Positions 28,885 through 39,026 of a DNA stretch of 64,000 nt are shown piece after piece (position 1 is the stretch's first letter; each line of letters opens with the position of its first letter). Where the stretch lies: the NCBI RefSeq assembly GCF_046119375.1, contig NW_027362769.1:234298001-234362000 (forward strand), written 5' to 3'. Source of the stretch: Phyllobates terribilis. Lineage: Eukaryota. A program made the translations under genes and the position numbers. Below the pieces are notes generated by a model. It worked only from the letters and a program-made list of their open reading frames with translations. It did no database searches and had not been told where the DNA came from.

Positions 28885-29425
28885 ATTCGCAGTTCACAAA
28901 AAACAAACTTTCCCAGCACCATTTCCCACACTGCTGAAGCATTAGAGAGCAGGCAAGTGGCATGTTGCATAGCCACATGGGCTTCTTCCTAATGCCGTGC
29001 AGCTATAACATCTTACGGATTATTATAACTTGTACTGTGGGGTAAGTATCTGGGCCATCACAGATCAGCGGTTCCCAATGGATCACAGTTTATACTGCAG
29101 AGTCATTTTAAACATCCAGAGTCATCGGGTAAGTCTTTCATGTAGAGTACAAACTCTTATGGTCAGTGGGGTCCCCTCTCTATCTTGCTTCTGTAGAGTG
29201 TAAGCTCTTATAATAAGAAGAGTCCTCACTCTCATGAAGAGTGTAAGCTCTTATGGTCAGCACGGTTCTCTTTCTCTCTTGCTCTCTTCTTTCCCATGTA
29301 CATTTTCCGAGCAATTACAAACTTTCCAGTATTGAGCTTTGCACAAATTAATTTGTTGCAAATCTAGTGTTTTGGGACAATTCGGCAAAATCGGCAAGTT
29401 TGAGTTTCAAAAGATCCATTCATTT
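28885..29425. mobile_element. Same MITE family (copy 2)
   Basis: Shares cccagcaccatttcccacactgctgaagcat, cagatcagcggttccca and gtaagctcttatggtcag with copy 1. Confidence 0.65.
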
Positions 29426-30077
29426 ATGTTTTATTTTCCTTGCTATGGCATTCTTGGCTTTTCTGTTAGCAAAGTAGTTACCTTATATAACTGCATATAA
29501 TTTTTTTATCTCAGACTAAAAAAAATTTAACAAGATGTTTTTTAAAAAGAAAAATATAATTTTGGATTTATCTGGATTTCATTTGACAATTACCACACCA
29601 ATACCGATACTGCCTGTTCATGGTATTTAGTTGTACAATTTTGGATTTAGCTGTTACAAAGATTTAAAATTTAGAAACAAGGTCCATTAAGTGCCTCTCT
29701 GTAATAAGCAGTAAACATGAACATTGGCAGTCAAAGGCGAAATAAAACAAGTGGGGAATTAATTGAGTTGATCAAAATAAACTGAGAACACTTTGAATAG
29801 AAATGTATTTTAATTTCTTGAATATTTCTTCTTTTACTTTCCTCGGTTCTTGCTGTACAAGTAGTTTGAACTGGCAGAGCATATCTAAGTAATTATGTCT
29901 GAGCAATTAAACTTAAAGCCGTGTTTCAGCAAAAATGAACAGCATTGGCCATCTTGGTCAATGTTTGCAAATATATCTGAAATATGCTTTGTAAATTAGA
30001 AAATGAAAGTATTGCACCAAGACCTCATCTAGTGATTTCTCACTTCCAGATATAGCTGCCCCATGTATATTTGGATA

Positions 30078-31214
30078 TGACGCGCCCCCTGGGCCGTGGG
30101 GTACTCGGCAGCCAGGCCTCTGGCTGCTGGTGGATATCACGGTGCTGGCCCAGTCCGTGACCCAGGGCGGTCAGTCAAAAGGGGGAAATACATATAGGGG
30201 ATTTGGGAAAGTTCGTGACGCCTCCTGTGGATTCTGGTAGAGGTTACCAGCGCTGCGACAGTCCACTGAGGCTGATGTTAGGGGCAGCTATGATGGGTCG
30301 GCTCCCCACTGGTGGAGCAGGTCTCAGAGCAGTGTAGAGGTGTAGAAAGATGGTGGAAGCAGGAGAGAGACGGCAGGACGATCCCAGAGGAAATACAGGC
30401 ACACACACAAGGGCAAACTTCAATACCTTTACTGGTGGTGATGCAGGTACGGTCCAGGGCACTCAGGGCGAAGGGTACATTTCTGGACTCTCCCCAGTGA
30501 GCGGGTGTAAGGCCTCCTGATCAGTGTATTTTACTCTCTAAGCTTTGGGCCTGCCTGGAGCTAGGCCTGGCTTGCTTACTGCTTCCTTCTTGTACCTACT
30601 GTCCTGGCGGTAGTGTTTTCTCCTGGTTCCCACTATTCCTGGTCGCTCGAGCCTTAGTGGTACCTAACCCTGTTGCTGTGGTCAGCGGTTGGTTAACCTG
30701 GGACTTGTAGTTCTCCAGGGATTCCGGTTGTTCCTACTGGTCATAAAGATCCCTGTAGGCGCGGACCCGGTGTCCGGTATATGTTTCGGGGTGAGCCTGT
30801 TATGCTCCTCTGCCCCCTATGCGTTTCTCCTTCTTCACCTCAGTCTGCAGACTCTCTCATGCAGACTCCCTAAGCAGACTCTCTGAGTTCTGTCCCTGTC
30901 TGTTCCTGACAGGAACTCTCACTTGCCTTCTAGCCCGCTCCAGGCTCTCACTGGCCAGACTAGCCCACAGCTTGGGCCTAGCCTGGCCTTCAGCCACACA
31001 GACTTCAGCTTGTCTGGAGCTGCAGCATGGTGTCACACTGTCTGCTTCCCACTGACTGACTTCCTGGACTCCACCCCCCAGTATTTATATACCTGACAGG
31101 GCTCAATCTAGTGGACTTGGGTGGAGGTGTCTGCCTGTATTGAGGCCACTGGGGAGAATTCCATCCATGCACCCCTCTGGGATCTGTGGCACCAGTGCGC
31201 AGCAGGGCGCCACA
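30078..31214 (-). mobile_element. Solo LTR (1137 bp) of a related family
   Basis: On the minus strand it starts TGTGGCGCCCTG and ends GGCCCAGGGGGCGCGTCA, identical to the last 18 nt of the intact LTRs. U5 blocks are shared (tttgac...ccctggg.cacggac). GATA flanks both sides (30074-30077, 31215-31218). Confidence 0.9.
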
Positions 31215-31754
31215 GATACTCCCTTTTAGGCTCTGCTCACATTAAGTTTTGTGGGTTCTGTAGAGGTTTCTGTATGATTTTACGGTATTTTTAAGAATAG
31301 TCCACTTAACATCGGTATTTCTGCGATAAAATATTGAAACACCGATGAGTTCCATTGAAATCAATGTTATTCATCAGGCTTTGCTACCATCTACTGTAAA
31401 AATGGATAGGGCATAGCTATTATCGGCTTTGCAAAACCCAAAGTCATGATGCAAGTTTGAACACTCTAGCCTTAGGACTAAAACTACACTTGCATAGGGC
31501 CGCCGAACAATGACCCTATTTCAATTGAATCAGCATCATTAGGATACAAATATAGTTAAAAACTATAGGGAAACAGGGAGCCATCAGTTCTTTGTCCTGC
31601 AATTCTGTATAGTATGCAAAGCAGGCGTCACTCTTCCTGCATCAAACCCATGGCACCACAAAAAGTTAGCTGACCAGCATGGACGGCACAGTTCCTTCTC
31701 CGATTACCCACATTGTTGCCGCCATCTTGTAATACACTGGTCACATTGATGTAT

Positions 31755-32211
31755 AAGAAAGTCCTGGTACTACCTGAACAACCCCTTCTCATTCCTCATG
31801 CTTGGCCTCGCTAAAATAAAAACACTCATACTCACCTCCGTTCCAGCAGTGTCGGCACTTGTGTTCCCGGATCTCATATGAGGTTGTTATGTCACACAAG
31901 CCCCATGCCCATCAAGTGCTGGCTTTACTGTCACCATCTTTGGACGTATTCAACCTCAACAGGAAGTCAGGGCTGCAGCTGTGCTATCACTTCCTCTTGA
32001 TGTTCGATTTGTCCAATGGAGGGGGCAGTAATGTCAGGGCTGATTGGGCGCAGGGCTCACATGAGATAACAACCTCTCTTGAGCCCCGGGAAAATGAGTG
32101 ACGACACAGCAGGAATGATGCCTGCATCGGAAGGGGAATATAGGTGTTTTTATATTAATGGGACCAAACATGAGGAATGAGAAGGGATTATCCTAGTAGT
32201 GGACAACCTTT
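31755..32211. mobile_element. T2-type MITE
   Basis: Inverted arms ccttctcattcctcatg / catgaggaatgagaagg, ending ggacaacct|ttaa. Confidence 0.65.
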
Positions 32212-35052
32212 TTAATGTCAATAAAAACAAATTAAGTCATTACATGTAAAAAAGTTTATTCACTCCACTTTCTCATTGAAATCTTATTTGCCTATCACAA
32301 GAATGGTTCCAGAGTACATCGGTGACCAGAGGAAAAGAAGATGCAAGTCAAAGTACCGAGAGCCATTACATTCCCCAGCTTGATAAGTGTCTTATTTGAA
32401 CAACTTTAATTAGGACACAACATGTCATCCTGTTGTGTGGTTGACATTCATGACTCCAACCACCATGTATTAATTGCACTTTGTCCAGCAGAGCATTTCT
32501 CTAGTGCACTACATTAGTTTTAATTTTTAATTAGTCACTATTCTTTACGTTATATAAAAGCCTCATTCCGTAGCTTGTAAGAAATGGATGGATGACTGAG
32601 AAAATACAATGGAGTACATGAGGCTTTTTGTAGGACATGGTTTTTCTCATTTACCTCTTTTCAGCCCTGAGGGAGTTCTCTTATATTGAATCACTATGAA
32701 CATTGTGTATGAGCATCTCACTAATTATACTATATACAGATTGACTATATATAGTCACGACTGCAGTGGAGGACAAAGACCGCAAAGGACCCCCGTCCAA
32801 GAACGCTATATGGGCCCCTTGCTTCTGAATATATAGCATCCCTCTTTTGTCTATCGCCAGTAATTTTATATTTACCATGATTTTTTTTGCGTAAGATCAT
32901 AGTAAGCATCCTTACCTAGTGTTCCCCTGGTTGCAAATATGTATTTCGACCAAGACTTTGTGATAGGAACAATATGGCTTCCCAGTAACAGGCAGATTTT
33001 TCCCATTAGCAAACCCGGAATAGTGTCTCATGTGTTCTAGTTACAGAGTGTCATAGGAGAAGCAAATATCACCCAGGCATTCTTGCATCGATGGGTCTTA
33101 TGTTTCCTAGCTATACACTTTCATGTGAAAATGGATGATAGGTTGGCTGAATAATACATTTTGAACAACTGATCAATTTCCATTGATTAAAAAAATGTTT
33201 GTGCATAGAGGCGGGCAAAGACAATTTTGAAGCATCTTGATATGAAATTGGTAATTGTTGAACTATCATCTCAATTTCATTGTATTTTCACATCCAAGCA
33301 AGTTATAAACAAATGTTATAAAGAACAGATGAGTTGATATCTCAGTTTTACAATGAGAGTGCTGCCTCTTTCGTAGCAAGAGTTGATGAGGAACCAATGT
33401 GATCCCACATTCTGATGAGCCTTTTTAAATTTTTCATTAGATAAGTGCACAGCATTTGTTTTACTTTCCAATTGTTTAAGTACTACACCTTCAGGCATGA
33501 TTCTCTCTTTTCTCAAACTTTCACATGCCACGTTGAGTATTAGTGTCCTATAATGTGCCAGATAGATCATTGGCCATTAGGGACAGGATACAATTATTGT
33601 CACGTCTGTCTTAAGTCACAGGTTCAAAAATGCTACCTCAGACAGACTTGGCACAAGCCACTCCATCTGACAGATTCCAGAGGAACTCTGACTTTCACCC
33701 TTTAACCACTGTACAGTGATGTGGTCTTATAATGGGGTCCAGTAGATTGCTTGCACTGAAGGGCTGCCACCATGAAGAGTGAACAAGAGGCAGGGAAGGT
33801 CTCCAAGCAGGCTCAAAGCCAAGAGGTCATGTCAGTATGAGAATGATTAAAACAAGAGGATGGTCAAAATTCATGCAGAGGTCAGAAAACAGGAGGAATT
33901 AGAAAAACACCACAAGCAAGCATTAGCACAAACCAGGTAGCAAAACAAATTGACTGGCAATTGAAGTCATAGACCCCAAGGCTCTCAGAAGAAAGTAATC
34001 AAAATCATGCAATTCACCCCATAGTTCCCTAACCTCATGGCACCAAAAATCCCAGGAATAAAACAGGACTGATGCTGTCACGCATCACCCGCAACAAAGG
34101 TGTGGTGATGCCTAGCGGCTGAAGCAGAAAGAGGAGGGACAGGAACCAGCAGATGGTACAATTACAACCTCATGCCTGGTAAAAGTACTCAAATACTTTA
34201 AATAACTAGGGCAGACCTTTTTAGTAAATGGACCTGAAAATCAAAATTCCAAACTGTGTCCATAGAAAATGCTATAACTCCTTCTAAGCAAGTTGGTGGT
34301 ACAAAGTGGTAAAAAATAGAAAAAAATCCAAAGATGTAAGTTCTTTCATTAGCATTATGGCTTTTGTTAAATTATCTTCTTAGTGCTATGGACTAGCGAA
34401 GACGTAGTGTAGAACTTGCTATGCACATATGTGTACGTCCATTAGCCTAACCAACTTGTTTTTTATTTCTAGAGCACTGACTGAGTAATTATTATATCTA
34501 ATTACTTTATTAGCTGATTTGCTGAATGTTTACCATCCAAGCACTAAAACAGATTGTGTTTTGTAATAGCCCACTGCAGGGAAATCCCTGTAGCCTCCTG
34601 ATATTGTAGGAAGATGGCTCGCAGAAGGCTGCTAAGCAGTTTATTGGTTTTGGTTGGGAGTTCTGCATGCATTTGATCATTTTGCTCTGGCAATAAAGCG
34701 TCCAGCATGGACTTCTAGATGTGAAAGTAAAATTAAAGCAATTTGAAAAAGTTGAAGGCAGAAAATAAAACTATATGTTATCAATCACCCATCATTAAGA
34801 AAGCTGTAGGATCTGTCATCCCCATGCAAGCTCAGCTAATACTGACAATTTATATGATGTGTGGTTTGTATGCTTGACATTGTGGTAGAGTAGTGAAGGA
34901 GGACATAGAGGCAGTTGTGAAGAGGAAAAAAGAGCAATATGGTGCTGTAGGAGAAAGGAGAGAATGTGATGTTTTCTCTGTTTTAATAAAAAAAGGATTT
35001 CTGACTTCTCATGAACATATGACTTACCAAAGGGCAGCATGCTCCATTCTTA

Positions 35053-35446
35053 GGGTGCCTTCACATTGCGTTCAGTTACCCGTTCAGTGGCCCCATCGGG
35101 GTTTATGTCTGAACCCCCGCAAAACAGGATTCGGACGTAAGCACCAATGGGGCAGTGGACTGTGATGGTGAAGGCAGAGCAATCTGCATCTGACGTGTAT
35201 CATTATCAGGCGTATTCACCTACTGGAGGAGGACACCCAGATGTAGTAGACTGTGTCTGAGTGCCCGGCTGCAGTAGGCGCGCACTCCCAAAAATGAGGC
35301 ACGTAAGAGCACACTTTAGCATTGTCTGCACCATTACAGTCTATGGCCCTGTCGGTACATACGTCCAAATCATGTTTTGTGGGGGTTTCTGATGTAAAAC
35401 CCCGACGGCCACTGAATGGGTGACTAGACACAATGTGAAAGCACCC
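35053..35446. mobile_element. PIF/Harbinger-type palindromic MITE
   Basis: TTA|GGGTGCCTTCACATTG ... CAATGTGAAAGCACCC|TTA. Confidence 0.85.
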
Positions 35447-35532
35447 TTACATTTTTCCAAATTCACCCATAAAGACAAATGTGACACACTCAATAAAATC
35501 GAGCACATATACTAGAAATCTTTCCTTCTATA

Positions 35533-35708
35533 GGGTGGTTTCACACAAAGGTTTTTTCACAAAGCTGAAAATTTAGAAGTGGATTTAAAGAAATCGGAAA
35601 TATAAAGAAAGGCCCTATACACTTCAGGTATTGGCTCAAAAGATTGCATCAAAAATTGCATTAATGTTTTAAAAAAAAAAAAAAAACATACAGTATGTGA
35701 AACAATCC
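35533..35708. mobile_element. Short Harbinger-type MITE
   Basis: GGGTGGTTTCACA ... TGTGAAACAATCC|TAA. Confidence 0.6.
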
Positions 35709-35764
35709 TAAATGGCTTTTAAAGGGATAATAATACTACACTAACAGCTCAGTATTACAATGAA

Positions 35765-36240
35765 TTGGTGAAGGAAACAGTGGTACGGCCATTTCTCCAA
35801 AGTGTCCCAGCAGCCATTTTTCAACACGGTAACACTAGGCCCTATTTCTCTTGCACTACTGTTAGCAGCCTGAGTGGCCCAAATGTGCTACCTTTCCCTG
35901 CAGCATCTCCAGACTTGTCTCCCATTGATAACATCTGGGTTGTCATTGGTCGGCAATAGCAAAGGGAGCTGCCAGCAGTGGATCTTGACGATTTCCGTGC
36001 CCAATACCATTTAGCATGACAGAACAGTCCTTAGGCAACCATTATTAATATCAGTAATAGCTGCCAAGGCAGTAAGTGCGGGGATTTCAGTACGTTATGC
36101 TCATACTCGATACTTAATAAATCGAGATGTTTTGATATTTTGTTTCCATTTTTATCATTTGCTTATTATTTACATGTCTATCGATCCCACAGCTTTTCCT
36201 TCTTGGTGTTACAATTTCAATGTTCATGGGGTATACTTAC
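35765..36240 (+). pseudogene. Degenerate Tc1 transposase C-terminal fragment plus 3' terminal region
   Basis: The ORF reads IFQHGNTRPY...FPAASPDLSPIDNIW, a decayed form of FQQDNARPH / WPxxSPDLxPIE. Confidence 0.8.
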
Positions 36241-36844
36241 TTTAAAATTCTTTTACTATTTTTTTCAGCGTCACCATATCTCTTCCATGTTTGTGTCACG
36301 TGACAAATTTAGCCACAAGAATACATTTAGTGGCACTTTAGATGCAACTCCTTAGTAACGTAGTATAGGTTTGTGTGGCTTTTCACACTCACAAGCACTG
36401 AAGTGGGATTCAAAAAGAGATTCCAGACTTGCAACTGACCTATGGCTGGGATTGCAAAACTGGCTGACTGGTTTGGTCTAGAACTAGTCTTGTGTTCAAA
36501 ATGTGAATGGTTCTTGGTTAATTTAATTAACTGCTATGGTGGACCATCAAACATACTTCGATTATGAAGATTGAATATGAAACAATATTGTATTAATTGC
36601 CACAGTTATAGTTTATGGATGTTTTGAGGAAACTTTTACTTTCAAAAGAAATTTTTCAAAATATCATGTTCTGTAAAACTAAAAAATAGTTTTTGATCTT
36701 ATTTTATTCTCCCCTTCTCCTCGAAGTATTAAAGTTTTTTTTTGTTTCCAATCCACTGTACAGTTCCAGAGATATGTGCCTTTTTTAAGTGGCAATTTTT
36801 ATAGACTTTTCAAGGAAGCGGGGCCCCACAGGATTTTCTGTGAC

Positions 36845-37152
36845 TAGTGATGAGCGTAAGTGCTCGTTACTTGAGTTTGCATCGGGTGCTCGGGTATGCA
36901 CCGAGTATCACGGGTGTTCGAGTGACATGTTCGAGTCCTCGCGGCCTCAAGTTTCGTGTCTGTTAGTCAAGCACAAAACATACGGGGATTGCCTGTGTTT
37001 GCCAGGCAATCCCGCATGTTTTTTGGCTGCCTAATAGGCACGAAACATGAGGCTGCGAGGACTCAAACATGTCACTCGAACACTCGTGATACTCGGTGCA
37101 TACCCGAGCACCCGATGCAAAATCGAGTAACGAGTACTTGCACTCATCCCTG
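36845..37152. mobile_element. Palindromic hAT (Ac-like TIR) MITE
   Basis: Ends TAGTGATGAG...CTCATCCCTG, TSD tctgtgac/tctgtgat (7/8), whole element self-complementary. Confidence 0.85.
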
Positions 37153-37547
37153 TCTGTGATGTGTCTTTAGACAGCTTTGTATTAGTAAAAGACCATAAAA
37201 AATAGCAGTGAATATAAAGGTCCATATCTTTGCAACCGCATAGCAGATTTAAAAAAAAAATGGAATTCTCAAGGGAACAGCAAAAACTGTACACTTTTGA
37301 CCTAGTGTCAGGTCCTCTTTAAACAACCATGACTCCAGGTATAATCTGGAAATACTAATATCCATATGTCAAAGGAGAATTTTTATTTCTTAAAAACCTG
37401 AAAATTATGTGATATGTAACAAAAAAAGTGCTTACCGTCTATTTTGTGTTGTTCGCAAAGCAGCAATAGGTTCCATAGTGCTTTACAGAGATTATTTCCG
37501 TTCATTTTCCATAGTGGTTCTCCCCAGCTAATCCCTTTGAAATGATA

Positions 37548-38769
37548 TGTAGCACCCTGAGGATTCGGCTGCTACAGGGGTATTACACCTCAAGCCAGAG
37601 GTGTGGTATTCCACTCCCAGGTAAGGATGGAGTGTGGAACTGAGCTTAGTAGGCTGCATGCACTACATACATCCCATTTCCGGGGGACAGAACAACGGTA
37701 CTCCCACCAGTATATGTGCAGGTACGACAGCGTCTGTCCCTGGCTGGAGTGGGAGGGGGGTGGAACATCCCAGTAGTGTAGGGGCAGATAGGGGGTGTAG
37801 TCTGGGTAAAGCTAGGAGCCCATTGGGTGCTGGTCACCTGGGCTCACACATAGAGGGAGTATATAAGGTGGGCACCATCTTAGAATAGGGTCTTTGGTTC
37901 AGTTCAGGCAGGAGGAGAAGAGCAGAGGAGCTCAGCCAGGAGGGCTGACAGGGAGCTGTGGCTCCGGCTGGGCCCAGCTCCAGAACAGAGCCTGCTGAGA
38001 GAGAGAGAGAGAGGAGTAAGAAGGACCCAGAGAGGAAACAAGAAGAGAACCCCAAGATCCCAGAATAAGGACAGAAGGGTGAAGGGTTGGCGGACACGGG
38101 TACCGGAACCCAAGCTGGCAGAGGCAGAAGTAACCCTTAGCCAGGAACCAGAGGTCGTGGTCAAGATTTGCCACGACCCTCACCAAATCCACCAGAAAGG
38201 CACACCAAGCATAGGGTCAGGGAACCCAGAGGAGGTTTGACCACCAAGAGACCCGAGGGAGCCGGCCAAAGGTGGATCCCTGGTGGGAACGGCCAGGAGG
38301 AAGAGAGAGACAGGGAAGCTCAGGACCACGCTCCGGACTGCCTGGGGGTTGGCCGAGTCCAGGACCTGGTGGACGCAGCACGGCTCGGGTGGTCACTCAA
38401 GGCCAGAGTGACTAAAGCAACATCAGTGAGTAAAAACCCTGAAACTGCATCTCCTGACTCTGCCTCTCCTTCCTGCATCATCACAACCCCCATCATCCAC
38501 ACCTGCTGCCCTGAGGCCATACCCCTCCCGTTGGGGGTTATACCATCACTGCTGCACATATACCACCGGCCTCAGCGGACTGCTCTGCAGCGGCGGCTTC
38601 AAAGCCGCACTCAACGGGTGGCGTAGTCGACACTTAACAACATCTACAAAGACTGCCACACACTTAGTTTGACACCCTGGGCACGGACCGGGTCACCACC
38701 ACAAGGACTACTACCCCCATACAGATCCGGCTCCGGGTATCCCCTGAACATGGCCCAGGGGGCGCGTCA
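37548..38769 (+). repeat. 5' LTR (1222 bp)
   Basis: TG...CA ends, TATATAA at 37860-37866, AGTAAA at 38429-38434. By eye it differs from the 3' LTR by 5 transitions and a 4-bp (GA)n length difference. Confidence 0.95.
37860..37866 (+). promoter_or_regulatory. TATA box of the LTR promoter
   Basis: TATATAA ~310 nt into the LTR, present in both LTRs. The related solo LTR has TATATAAA on the minus strand near 31084-31091. Confidence 0.6.
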
Positions 38770-38774
38770 ACTTT

Positions 38775-38792
38775 TGGCGTAGTCGGCAGGAT
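38775..38792 (+). other. Primer-binding site complementary to the tRNA-Ser 3' end
   Basis: TGGCGTAGTCGGCAGGAT is the reverse complement of ATCCTGCCGACTACG-CCA, the 3' end of the vertebrate GTAGTCG-type tRNA-Ser (AGA/TGA). It lies 5 nt downstream of the LTR end. Confidence 0.9.
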
Positions 38793-39026
38793 AACGTGCC
38801 CGCAACCACCGGGTACTGCGTGCCTGAAGAAAAGTTCATATTTACCGTAAAAAGAAGTCTCCCGCCAATTCCGGAGGGTCCCCGCCATCGGACGCCATCT
38901 CGGATCGGTTCCCGCCGTTTGCCCGCCATCTGCAGTCTTTTCCCGCCATCCACAGAGTTTCCCGCCATTGGGAAGCGGTTCCCGCCATCTGAGAAGATTT
39001 CCCGCCTTGGCAGAGCAGACGCCATT

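Noticed and set aside
33316-33570. 84-aa minus-strand ORF
   Set aside because: No recognisable homology or convincing splice context.
38168-38626. 152-aa ORF repeated at 41788-42246
   Set aside because: It lies wholly within the LTR (R/U5), is duplicated only because the LTR is, and has no recognisable domain.
38796-39026. GTG-initiated N-terminal 77-aa extension
   Set aside because: It overlaps a repeat array with a 19-20-nt period, and the first ATG at 39027 has strong Kozak context. Treated as leader, though not excluded.
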